64,000 nucleotides of DNA from a virus. The position numbers were made by a program, and so were the translations under genes. The stretch is taken from positions 25,673-89,672 of the IMG/VR virus record IMGVR_UViG_3300042874_000086; one strand, given 5' to 3'. A model generated the notes under the pieces. It worked only from the letters and a program-made list of their open reading frames with translations. It was not told where the DNA came from and did no database searches. Shown here piece after piece: positions 40,816 through 50,392 of the stretch. The first letter of the stretch is position 1; each line of letters begins with the position of its first letter.

Positions 40816-41801
40816 CAATTTGTTATGATGTTCGTTAAACATCTCCCCTATCCCTAAGGGTATCGGACTATATCTTCACCTGGTCTAGGTGGTTGGCGTT
40901 TCGACTACACTTGTAGCCTACTCTACTCACTTCCTAGTGTATTAAATCCACTAGTGTTTTCGATAGTCTCTACACTCTCTAAAAGTGTTGGTAATATATC
41001 ATTAGATAGTACCTCAGTGTTACCACCCCTTGCTAGGCTAGTGTACTTGGGTACGATTAACATAAAATATTGTTTTAGTAACAAACTCTCCACGTAGTAG
41101 GCTTCTTGCTCTGTGTTATAAGATTTACTAAATAGTATAATTGGTTTTTCTACCTCACCGTTAAACCTTTGCTTAATTTTGGTAGTAACGCCCAACTTAT
41201 ATATTCCTAAACCCACAAAGAAAATATAATATAGTGTTGCTGGTCTATTAATATTAAACTTTCTTAATTTAATACTGCGAAGGTTTTGAGCACATGTAGG
41301 GCAATTCTGTTTTTGATGTAAATGACTTTTAGGTTCCATAAAAAAGGAACCATGCTCTTTACACACAATCTCAACCTTACTTGTCATTTTAATAAAAATG
41401 ACCTTAGAGTAATCATACCTATCTCCATGTACTCTCTTAAACTCTTCTATAATAGTAATACTACGTTTTTCTTTGGCTACTTGTGTGGAAGCATCCCTAC
41501 CACATCTAACACATCTAGTTATTCTATTTGTTTTAACTGCAGATTCCCTAGTAGTCACCGAGTTACCACAATCGCATTTATATAAAGATAACCATACTTT
41601 TTCGCCGTTTTTATTATTACGATATTCTACATTTTTTTCTATTAATACTAACATACTACTTTCAGATAGCTCGGGATTGGGTGTTCTACCGTTCCCCGAA
41701 TTAGCCAACTTTATTTTCTTCGTATCCCTACGAAGGACAGCCATATCTACTTAATAATCGTAGACTATACCTTTTAATGTATTCACCAAAGGTATAAGTT
41801 A
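40816..41801 (-). ncRNA. Group I intron 1 in polA (986 nt)
   Basis: Exon GACGGU pairs with IGS GCUGUC; adjacent AUG pairs with 3' exon CAU (P10). P AAUUCGGGGAA, Q AAUCCCGAGC, R GUAGAGACUA, S AAGAUAUAGUCC; terminal G. Splicing restores DGIDG-HSLNA. Confidence 0.9.
40923..41744 (-). CDS. Intron-encoded endonuclease (Zn fingers + GIY-YIG-like domain)
   Basis: YKCDCGN; HGDRYDYSKV...KVEIVCKEHGSF...CPTC; LYYI..YKLGVT..QRF; GGNTEV. Confidence 0.8.
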   Translation of the reverse strand: MAVLRRDTKKIKLANSGNGRTPNPELSESSMLVLIEKNVEYRNNKNGEKVWLSLYKCDCGNSVTTRESAVKTNRITRCVRCGRDASTQVAKEKRSITIIEEFKRVHGDRYDYSKVIFIKMTSKVEIVCKEHGSFFMEPKSHLHQKQNCPTCAQNLRSIKLRKFNINRPATLYYIFFVGLGIYKLGVTTKIKQRFNGEVEKPIILFSKSYNTEQEAYYVESLLLKQYFMLIVPKYTSLARGGNTEVLSNDILPTLLESVETIENTSGFNTLGSE

Positions 41802-43655
41802 ACCGTCAATTCCATCAGTAAATACAGCTAGTTTCATTGGGTCATTTGCCTCCACTGCAATTAGTCTATCTTCCAAAGCCGCGTAGTCCACTGCTCCAAT
41901 TACAAAACCATCATCGGGTATTAGTAATTTTTTAATAAGCTCTCCGTACTTACTATTAGAGGGCATATTTTGGAAATTCAAACCACCTGATGAGCTTAAT
42001 CGTCCTGATACAGTACCAGTTTGATTAAAGTTAGCAAACACTTTCCAGTGACCTGGCTTAACTTCAACACTACTCTCTTTAAACACTTTCAAGTAAGTTG
42101 AGTTTACTTTATCAGCGTCCATAATATCCCGCAGTAAATTAAGAAGCTCCTCTTGTTCTTTGGTAATATCAAGTTCTAACCACTCAGCAATAACGTCTTT
42201 ATCCGTTGAAGGTTTCTTAGAGGTCTTTGAAATCTTAATAACAGGTAAGTTCATCAACTCAAAGAATAAGAATTGTTTTTGGTTTGGGCTTCCTGGATTA
42301 AATGGCTCAAGGAACTCATCTTTAACATCTGCCCATTTCTTTTTATTTTTTAACCCATCATTATACTTTTTGAATCTACGCTTCGCTAAGAAATCTTCTG
42401 CTTGTCTAATGATAGGGTGGTCACGGAATGTTACTAGCTTGTCTGCAACCAGTTCATTAAGCTCCTCAATAGCACCAGACACTTTATCTTTCTTAATACG
42501 TAGACCATTCATCTTCATTTTTAGAAGTGTAACACCAATATCACGTATCTCTTCATAAACAGGTATAAGAGATTTATTCTCATCTTTACTTACCTCTTCT
42601 CGGTACTGCTTCCATATACGACAAGTAGCAATAACATCATAGTTATTATAGGTGGCTACTTTATATAAATCAGCACCGAATAGGTTCTTTTGGTCTATAT
42701 CAGAATCATATTCACCCATAAAGGAAAATACTAGTTCTTTAAGACCCAACGAAGGGCGTTCTGTACTATTGAATAGAACGTAAACAAGCAACATAGAATC
42801 TTCAAGGTTAAATAAATTAATCAAGGGCTCTTGTCTAATACCGAAGTCACTACCTCTCATAATCTCATGGGTAATAAAAGCTTGGTCAAACCCAATCCAG
42901 TTGTGTCCTACAAGTTTCCCCTTATACTGACTAAAGAACGCTTTCAAGGTCTTTGCTAGTTTTCGATAAGTATCTTCTGAGTGATACTTAGGGTGTAAAG
43001 CTACACAGAAGGCTTCTTTCTCATTACGAGCAAATGATATTGTAAGCATCTTATCAGCATACCAACGTAAACCAGTGGTCTCGATGTCCACATATAACTC
43101 TGGTTCATCAATCCATGCCTTAAGGTGGTTGTAGACCTCAGTAGGGTCTTTTAAGATTAGGTTCATATCTAAATCAAGGGTCTCAACTGGGTCAGTATAG
43201 TCTCCTAAAAGTAGATTTTTAATAACTGATAAGCCTCTATTGAGTTCCTTAAAACGTTCAGGGAACATATTTAGAATTACTGGATTAAGGATTGGTACAA
43301 TTTGGTAATTGACCATATCTTTATGACCCTCAACTACCCTTCCAATATTCAACATCATTTTCTTATCACCAGTTAGATTTTGGTAATAGTCAGCGTTACC
43401 TACAGCAATAATATTAATGCTATACATTTCACAATATTCTTTTAAGGCTACTAACTCAGTATCGAAATCAGCCTTTTTTAGTTTACCTTTTTCAGGAACG
43501 AATCCCCCAGCAAAGGCAAAGTCCTTTATATCCATTCCCAACGGGACTACAATTTTTTGTAACAAGAAATTAGCAGACCCTTTATTACAAACATTTTGTG
43601 GTAGTAACACCATTACTTTAGGTTTGGCTTGAGGGGTTAATGTAAAAACTTCCAT
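41802..43655 (-). CDS. polA: Family A DNA polymerase, exon 1 (UDG-like N-domain, 3'-5' exonuclease, start of polymerase); spliced product about 858 aa
   Basis: VDIETTGL, GHNWIGFD, YNNYD, FNPGSPNQ, TVSGRLSS..NFQNMP, DYAALEDR (motif A). Confidence 0.93.
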
Positions 43656-44006
43656 TTATTCTCCTTTGTTCTTTGGTTCTACCCAATTTAATATTGTACC
43701 ATCTTTAACTTGAGTATGTAATATAGCTTCTGACGGCATCAACTTAAATTGTTGTACCCACGCTTTTAAAAAGAACTCCGATTTATCTAAACGGATACTA
43801 TTAATTCTCTCGACAGCATCCGCTAGTGTTATAGGCGGAACACCTGAATGGACGCGGTCTATTGTTCTATATAGAGAATCAACCTGCTGTTCAAGGAAAG
43901 TAATATACTCTTGAGGTCTGCAGTATCTACAAGCATTACCTACCATAATATCGGCCATACTACAACTACACCTACCAGTTTTATTTTCACTAAATTTGTA
44001 ATCCAT
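43656..44006 (-). CDS. Hypothetical protein
   Basis: ORF in the - strand operon; CSC..CRYC motif. Confidence 0.5.
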   Translation of the reverse strand: MDYKFSENKTGRCSCSMADIMVGNACRYCRPQEYITFLEQQVDSLYRTIDRVHSGVPPITLADAVERINSIRLDKSEFFLKAWVQQFKLMPSEAILHTQVKDGTILNWVEPKNKGE

Positions 44007-44009
44007 TGG

Positions 44010-44414
44010 CTACTCAATCAAATCAATAATATCACGAATTTGTTGACTGGTTACTTTATTATTGTTACCAAACATTTCTGATACTCTTTGTTTAGCTTCT
44101 TTTTTAGTAAGTGGCTTAATTGGTACTATGTAGTCTACTAACATAGTATGAGTACCATTAAAGTCTACTGCGTACTTATCACCGCACTTAGCATAGTATA
44201 CAGCTTGGCACATATATAAATCTTTACTGCGTAAGGTTAGTACAGGAATACCCTTTAACTCTGGAACTTCTTCCCTCTCTGGTCTAAGGTTAAGCCAGTT
44301 ATCATAACACGTTTGCATACGGTCTGCCGTACTATCCCATTCTTTTAATGATTTAATCTCAGTATCCATTCTTCTAAGTTCAATAGCCCATTCTATAATA
44401 TTCATTTTACACAC
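44010..44414 (-). CDS. Hypothetical protein
   Basis: ORF in a tightly packed operon. Confidence 0.5.
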   Translation of the reverse strand: MCKMNIIEWAIELRRMDTEIKSLKEWDSTADRMQTCYDNWLNLRPEREEVPELKGIPVLTLRSKDLYMCQAVYYAKCGDKYAVDFNGTHTMLVDYIVPIKPLTKKEAKQRVSEMFGNNNKVTSQQIRDIIDLIE

Positions 44415-44653
44415 CCCTTACTATTAAATATTCTTCGTCTTAACTTATTAAGTCTGTAGATTTTTCTTAGTAGGTTGTTATGAGTTACGTGCAAACTGTC
44501 AACTAAAGTACTTTCAAGACTATTATAATCTTCTGGTTTGGTATCCCCTATAATTTCCTCACAGGTTTTCAGCCTTGTGTGATAGTTATTTAAATCCTTT
44601 TCGTAAGCTTTAAGCTCCTTATAGTACTTTAGTGTATGTTTATGTTTCTTCAT
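44402..44653 (-). CDS. Hypothetical protein
   Basis: ORF in a tightly packed operon. Confidence 0.45.
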   Translation of the reverse strand: MKKHKHTLKYYKELKAYEKDLNNYHTRLKTCEEIIGDTKPEDYNSLESTLVDSLHVTHNNLLRKIYRLNKLRRRIFNSKGCVK

Positions 44654-44654
44654 A

Positions 44655-44873
44655 TCACTTCCTTTTTGGTATTTTTACTGAAGGGTCATCTAATCTGTGT
44701 ATTACAGAAGCTAACCAATCTTTTAATTCAAGGTGTCTCTTAAAGAATTGTGCTTTATCTCCATAGTAACACCCTTCATCCTCGGAGTCTAGTAACACTT
44801 GGTACAGTTGCCTGAAATGTATTAAACGTAACCCCCTAATGCCTATAGAGTCAATTGTAGTTGCCATATTCAT
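44655..44873 (-). CDS. Hypothetical protein
   Basis: ORF in a tightly packed operon. Confidence 0.5.
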   Translation of the reverse strand: MNMATTIDSIGIRGLRLIHFRQLYQVLLDSEDEGCYYGDKAQFFKRHLELKDWLASVIHRLDDPSVKIPKRK

Positions 44874-45601
44874 CCTTTTTTGTAAACTTCAGTGTACAAA
44901 CCTACAGAAGGTTTTATCAACACCGGGGTGTTTTTTAGGAAATAATCAATGTACTTTGTGTGCTCAAAGTAGTATGGGGTCATAACTGCTATGTAGTTTA
45001 TATCAGTAAACCTAGATAATTTCAACAAACGTTCGGTAGACTTCTCGGTTCCCCATAAGTCATGTATAAATAACTTTTTGGGAGTCTGTAGGAAGTCTAC
45101 AGTTCCCTCATACCCTTTAAAGTACTTACTAACTGCCTGCTCAAGATTTCTATTAAGGGTACCCCGTAGTTCTTTTATACCTTGTTTATTGAACTCCAGT
45201 ACCAACCTACTTGCGTTCTTAGGAATCTCTTGAACATACACTTTAGAAAGTTCCACATGGAACTCTTTGAAGTTAAAAGTTCTTGGTTCTGGTTTTAGTA
45301 AAAGTAAACCGCTAAATACAATAGCTTCTTGTTGTGAGCAATTACTTAGTAGCACATTAATCATTTCATACTCTTTCTCCCCAATGTTTACTTTAGATAA
45401 ATAATCATAATGATTTAAGAATATTGACACTTTACCCTTATATACTAGGGGGAGATTTTCTATTACCACATTTATTTTTGAATATGGGATACTAAATTTA
45501 GGTTCTTGTTGAATACTCAAAAGGGCTTTGCAGTCCTCTGAGCACCCATCAAAGTTCTTATTTAGTAGCCCATTGGTGAATTCAAGGGCTACATTCCTCA
45601 T
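44870..45601 (-). CDS. Hypothetical protein
   Basis: 243-aa ORF, ATGA-coupled to the ClpP-like gene. Confidence 0.55.
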   Translation of the reverse strand: MRNVALEFTNGLLNKNFDGCSEDCKALLSIQQEPKFSIPYSKINVVIENLPLVYKGKVSIFLNHYDYLSKVNIGEKEYEMINVLLSNCSQQEAIVFSGLLLLKPEPRTFNFKEFHVELSKVYVQEIPKNASRLVLEFNKQGIKELRGTLNRNLEQAVSKYFKGYEGTVDFLQTPKKLFIHDLWGTEKSTERLLKLSRFTDINYIAVMTPYYFEHTKYIDYFLKNTPVLIKPSVGLYTEVYKKG

Positions 45602-46158
45602 GTAATGTTTACATACTTTTCGATAGTACGTAGACGGTTATTTACATCGTCTCGTAGTAACCAAAAGTCTTTATCTTCTCTCATTAAAATAATTTCTTGT
45701 TCAGTCATAAACCCGGCATACAAATCCTCAAAGATTGCTTTTGACCACTCATCATCAAATGACGCACGGGCTTTAAGTTCTGCACCTTTCCCAGAGGACG
45801 CCGTAGAAAAGTTATGAGTCATAAAGTACGAGTGTGGATACATGTAAACACCATCACAAGCAAGGGCTATTACAGTTGCAGCAGACGCAGCAAAACTGAC
45901 TAAGGCTATTGTTTGAGCCTTACACTTGCGAATATGCTCCACCAGTGCTATGGTAGTATCCAACATCCCGCCATTAGACCCAATATAAATATTAACAAGG
46001 TCATGTGACTGGGCACTATCGAGGGTTCTTAACTCTTTAATATATTCATCTGGGTATCCAATATCATCATAAATATAAATGCTATAAACATTTTTACCAT
46101 TTGAATTATCTTTGAATACAACTTTTGGTTTTGAACCTAGTGGTATTTGAACTTCCAT
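45598..46158 (-). CDS. ClpP-like serine protease
   Basis: IYIGSNGG, AASAATVI (catalytic Ser), FMTHN (His), DFWL. Confidence 0.85.
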   Translation of the reverse strand: MEVQIPLGSKPKVVFKDNSNGKNVYSIYIYDDIGYPDEYIKELRTLDSAQSHDLVNIYIGSNGGMLDTTIALVEHIRKCKAQTIALVSFAASAATVIALACDGVYMYPHSYFMTHNFSTASSGKGAELKARASFDDEWSKAIFEDLYAGFMTEQEIILMREDKDFWLLRDDVNNRLRTIEKYVNIT

Positions 46159-46279
46159 TCTTTTCCTTTTATATTGTTTTACTATCTAATTGGTCTTACC
46201 CTAGTACTTCATATATACCCCCTTTAATGGTTAATATATTAACAGTTAACTGCTGATTTTACGCTTAATTACCAATATA

Positions 46280-47650
46280 TTAACTATTTCGTAATTTATC
46301 AATCATTTTCTCGTATTGAGTGCTAGTGCATTTATCATCAAACCTTTCAGCAAGTTTTGAACTGAGGGATACCCTTTCTAAACATTTATCAAAAATAGAA
46401 CCTTGAAATAACATATCAATAAACAAAGGGGTCTTCTTAGACTCATGGTGTCTCCGTAATCGCCCTATAACTTGTTCATGCCCCTCTTTAGTAAGGTTCG
46501 ATAAATTAATAATGTAGTCCAACCGTTTGATTGAAATACCTTTTTGTAAAATACTACCCGAGATTATTATATCAATTTCATCAGACTCCATCATACTAAA
46601 TATCTTCTGCCTATCTTCCTGTTTAGTTTTTTGGTTTACAACTCCCACTCTAATCCCAAGTTCTGTAAAGACTTTTTCATAGTGCTCTTGGGTTAAAACC
46701 TCGGTAGTATATAAAAGACCCCGTCTACCAACCCTCAGTAAATTTTTAGTAATCTCACAAATCTTCGGGCTTACCTTACCATTAGTCATAAACTTGCTAT
46801 AAACCTCTTTATAAGACTTACCGTACCCAAACCAAGCAGTATCCTCATTCCATACATTGATGAGGTGTACGTTTAGGTTATTATCACCAACCCCATCAAC
46901 CCTAATAGTGCCCATAACATCCTCCAGTAAAGGTGTCATGTGGTCAGAGCGTGTGGGGGTTGCACTTAACCCTATTCGGAATTTTGCATTAAATTCCCCT
47001 ACTACAATAGTAAAAACATCACTACCAACAACATGAGCCTCGTCTACTACTACTAACCCAAAGAAATCTTTATGTTGTTTGATAAAATCTAAGTTCTTAA
47101 TAAGAAACTGAAAAGTAGTAATAGTTACTGAAGCTACTTCTCTATTCTTCCCCCCAAGGATTGTTAAGTCAATTCCTGAACAGTTATTAAGGAACTCACC
47201 TTGCATTTGTATTGCCAAATTTGTTCTATCCACAATAATTAAAGTGTTTGTATTTAGTTGTTTTACCAAATAAGGTAGCGTATAACTCTTACCAAAACCA
47301 GGCTCGGCTTTTAAGATAGCTGAATTATCGTTAGAGTTTACTAAGGCTTTCGTCATATTACCCATAGCAACTTTTTGAGAGTCTTTCAAAGAAAACGTAT
47401 CAGATAACTTAAAAGGACTTTTAATGTCTGGGTAAGTTGTTTGGTCACTAATATCAAGGTTTTTACCAAAGATAACAATCAGTTTTTTGTAGTTACGGGG
47501 AACTTCAATGTGGGTCTTAGTAACAATATAAGAGTGTTTTAAAATCTCTTTGTCGGGATTCCAGTAACTAAATTTACTTTTTAAGTTAGATAGAATCTGT
47601 GGTGTAATTTCTGTTTTTGGTATTGCGTATCTACCAGTTTTAATAATCAT
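46280..47650 (-). CDS. Superfamily II (DExH) helicase
   Basis: AEPGFGKS, VVDEAH, GLSATPTRSD, QVIGRLRR. Confidence 0.92.
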   Translation of the reverse strand: MIIKTGRYAIPKTEITPQILSNLKSKFSYWNPDKEILKHSYIVTKTHIEVPRNYKKLIVIFGKNLDISDQTTYPDIKSPFKLSDTFSLKDSQKVAMGNMTKALVNSNDNSAILKAEPGFGKSYTLPYLVKQLNTNTLIIVDRTNLAIQMQGEFLNNCSGIDLTILGGKNREVASVTITTFQFLIKNLDFIKQHKDFFGLVVVDEAHVVGSDVFTIVVGEFNAKFRIGLSATPTRSDHMTPLLEDVMGTIRVDGVGDNNLNVHLINVWNEDTAWFGYGKSYKEVYSKFMTNGKVSPKICEITKNLLRVGRRGLLYTTEVLTQEHYEKVFTELGIRVGVVNQKTKQEDRQKIFSMMESDEIDIIISGSILQKGISIKRLDYIINLSNLTKEGHEQVIGRLRRHHESKKTPLFIDMLFQGSIFDKCLERVSLSSKLAERFDDKCTSTQYEKMIDKLRNS

Positions 47651-47671
47651 TTTAACTCCTTTATATTCCCA

Positions 47672-48175
47672 TTAAAGAAACGAGGAAGGCTTCTTTAATG
47701 GTATTACAATTTTATTTGGTACATCTAACTCGTATTGCATACAGAATTTTTGATAGGGTAGATGGGATTCAATTATAACCCAGGCACCTTTATCATATAA
47801 CTCTTTAATTAATGCCCTCAGTAGTTTAGAGGAGAACGTAGTGTTTACTGCGCGCTCCAACCCTACATTGTAAATAAACACAAAAGGTCTTTGTAGTACA
47901 TTATAATTTAACTTCTCAAACTGAGCAGTAAAGTAATCCGCAAAGTTGACCCCCCACATATCTTTTAATTCTTTTGTTTCTAACAACATAGAATAAACTG
48001 GTTGTGCAGTACCCTCAACATACATAATATGGTTTATCCCACCCTTTAAGGGTACATTAATTTTTGTATTAAGTACTACCAACTTTTCTTCGGACGCAGA
48101 AGATAATTGCATACAGTAGTTTTGGGGTAGTTGTTGGTACCCCAGTAACAACTTTTCTTTTTTCATTTGCTGCAA
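47672..48175 (-). CDS. Hypothetical protein, possibly a degenerate DnaC/IstB-like fold
   Basis: FVFIYNVGLE...LLRALIKELY...VIIESHL resembles the DnaC C-terminal half; no Walker A. Confidence 0.4.
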   Translation of the reverse strand: MQQMKKEKLLLGYQQLPQNYCMQLSSASEEKLVVLNTKINVPLKGGINHIMYVEGTAQPVYSMLLETKELKDMWGVNFADYFTAQFEKLNYNVLQRPFVFIYNVGLERAVNTTFSSKLLRALIKELYDKGAWVIIESHLPYQKFCMQYELDVPNKIVIPLKKPSSFL

Positions 48176-48531
48176 GATTCGGTAAAGAAATCATTTAGTA
48201 CAATATAATGAAAGCCATCATAATGACCAGACTCATATACTTCTGGGGTAGGCTCTTTTTTGATGTGTTGTGCGAGTTGCTTTTGGATTTTCAAAAATGC
48301 TTTAGCAGAATCTTTCTGGGATTCAATCCATGAATCATCAAGAGCTAGATACATCTTTGTATTTCCCCAAACATCGGTTGCAAGTTTTTCAAATACTTTA
48401 ACACGCTCTTCAAGAACACTTTCCTTTTCTTCACATAAAACACTCAACAAACCCGGAACAATAAACCCACCCTCTACTTCTTGGAAAGTAGCCTCATACT
48501 TTTTCTCTAGTTCTTTTTTCAAGTTATTCAT
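48163..48531 (-). CDS. Hypothetical protein
   Basis: GGAG RBS, downstream of a sigma70 promoter. Confidence 0.55.
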   Translation of the reverse strand: MNNLKKELEKKYEATFQEVEGGFIVPGLLSVLCEEKESVLEERVKVFEKLATDVWGNTKMYLALDDSWIESQKDSAKAFLKIQKQLAQHIKKEPTPEVYESGHYDGFHYIVLNDFFTESCSK

Positions 48532-48554
48532 GTTATCTCCTGTTATTTTGTGTA

Positions 48555-48583
48555 ATTATATCACATTCTTAAGAAAAAGTCAA
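48555..48583 (-). promoter_or_regulatory. sigma70 promoter
   Basis: TTGACT-N17-TATAAT. Confidence 0.8.
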
Positions 48584-48585
48584 GG

Positions 48586-48951
48586 TTACAGGTCTAGTGT
48601 AACTTTTTTGAAAACTTCCAGTTTTATATTTTTATGGTTTTTCTCTTGTGTTTGAACCAACTGCCCATTAAACATAGTATTTTTAATATAAATACCACTA
48701 TTTTTTAAGTACCCTGAAACTTCTTGGAGTTGGTGCTCACAAAACGACTGAATTATAAAGTTAGCCTGTTCCTCACTAACAATAATATACTCTTTTGTTT
48801 CATGATTTTTTAACACAAAACAACCCTCAAGTTCCTTATTGGTTTGAAATGTAAAAAAGTACCTCATAGAAATATTATGGTTGCTTGAAGGCCATTTAAG
48901 ATAATGCACCCTAAAGTTATTTGTAACTTTTTTCAAATCTAAATCTTTCAT
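48586..48951 (-). CDS. Hypothetical protein
   Basis: GAGGAG RBS. Confidence 0.5.
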   Translation of the reverse strand: MKDLDLKKVTNNFRVHYLKWPSSNHNISMRYFFTFQTNKELEGCFVLKNHETKEYIIVSEEQANFIIQSFCEHQLQEVSGYLKNSGIYIKNTMFNGQLVQTQEKNHKNIKLEVFKKVTLDL

Positions 48952-48953
48952 TT

Positions 48954-49337
48954 TTACTCCTCAATATAGTCATAATAAAAAGAACCATAAGCAACCCATA
49001 AGGTTTCTACAAGCTCTTCAACTTCCTTTTGGGTAGTATACCCAATAGTACCCCAAAAGGTAGGCTTTACAGTTTCTGGTTCAGTAGTTCTTGAATCAAA
49101 ACAAATACTAACTTCCATACCATAATCTTCTGGAAGATTATACTTAGTATAATCATAAACGTAAATGGTTATAAAGTACTTTGTTCTGCCATTAATAGGG
49201 TCGCTAACCCTACGCTGATATGCCATACTGGTTGCACCGTTTTTAGAATTATTTCTAAATGACTTGTACCCACTTGCGTATAATAAGTCTATTTCTTTCT
49301 CAAATTGTTGTGTAGTCATTCTACCTTCCTCGGGCAC
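48954..49337 (-). CDS. Hypothetical protein
   Basis: ORF in the operon. Confidence 0.5.
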   Translation of the reverse strand: MPEEGRMTTQQFEKEIDLLYASGYKSFRNNSKNGATSMAYQRRVSDPINGRTKYFITIYVYDYTKYNLPEDYGMEVSICFDSRTTEPETVKPTFWGTIGYTTQKEVEELVETLWVAYGSFYYDYIEE

Positions 49338-49534
49338 CTACTGTTAATAATTTGCGTAGTTTTGTCAGCAAATATAGTAAAACCAACTAAAGCCAGAACT
49401 ATGGACAGTATAAGGAAATCAGCATTAATGTACATAACGAGTAAGACCCCCTCAAGTACTCCTATAACTTGTAACCAAAAATATACCCAAGGTATAAACT
49501 TCCTGCATTTTCTTCTTTCTTGCATTTTATACAC
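49316..49534 (-). CDS. Small two-TM membrane protein
   Basis: Two hydrophobic segments. Confidence 0.45.
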   Translation of the reverse strand: MYKMQERRKCRKFIPWVYFWLQVIGVLEGVLLVMYINADFLILSIVLALVGFTIFADKTTQIINSRCPRKVE

Positions 49535-49697
49535 CTTTAATTATTCCCCATCCACCGAAATATTTCCGACGCTTATGTATTATCTGCCAACGTCACAAAC
49601 GAAGGACTTACAAATGGGGGGTTGAAACTTTTGTGGAACCTACAAACCAAGATAAGCTCATGTTAGTTTAATTATAGGCTCCATTAGAAGTTCTTTT

Positions 49698-49774
49698 TGG
49701 TACCATTGGTGGGGTACAATCCCACAACCTCAGATTTAGGAAATCTGTGCTCTATTCAATTGAGCTACAACGGT
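49698..49774 (-). tRNA. tRNA-Arg (anticodon CCT) with encoded CCA
   Basis: Acceptor ACCGTTG/CAATGGT-A-CCA; D arm GCTC..GAGC; anticodon arm CAGAT-TTCCTAA-ATCTG; T arm GTGGG-ATTGTAC-CCCAC. Confidence 0.88.
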
Positions 49775-49777
49775 GAA

Positions 49778-50390
49778 TTCCGTGTGTGCAAGCAGGGACA
49801 CGGATAATTGAGCTTGTATTTTACTGTAGCTCCATTTATTACTAAACAGTACTTCCGAATTCTTTATGCCAAACTTTCAAGTATTAAGCTGTGCTCCCAT
49901 AAATTCAAGGAAGATTGATTAATGGTGATTAGCCAACCATAAGGGTTGTGGTTCGATTCCAAACTATCGACTTAATACTCTATCAACCTACCAATCGACT
50001 TCATAGGCTGAATAGGGGATTAAAAGCTCTTTGTGGTGTAGGCACGAATTTGGGCCGTGGGTTATATGTACAGCATATCTTCCACTCACTACACCATCAA
50101 AAGCTAGGTATGCACCACTACCCCTGCTTCCCTCGGGGCACCAAGTCCGACAACTTGATTAACTATTAAGGAATTAGCTTGATTCCTACGGGGCTACCCT
50201 AACGCACACCTTTGTATCGCTGAAGTGGAAGCGTAAGCACTATTTCGTCTGCCTAGAAACGTCTATGATTATCCTCTTAGACCAGAGTAGACTGCTTGTA
50301 GTGGGAGTCAACACTGTTGCTTGTCGAAGGCAACGTAAAAGTTCCATATAGAACCTTTGCAATACCTTCTGACACCTTTATAGGGTGTCA
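49778..50390 (-). ncRNA. Candidate large structured non-coding RNA(s) upstream of tRNA-Arg
   Basis: No sense ORF of 60 aa or more; richer in GC than its flanks; many hairpins; directly downstream of a sigma70 promoter. Confidence 0.55.
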
Positions 50391-50392
50391 AA

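Noticed and set aside
39073-43655. polA breaks as inteins, frameshifts or a pseudogene
   Set aside because: Stops follow the exons and full group I intron signatures restore conserved motifs exactly.
49945-49965. GGTTCGATTCC T-arm-like motif on the + strand
   Set aside because: No matching acceptor stem, D arm or anticodon arm could be built around it.
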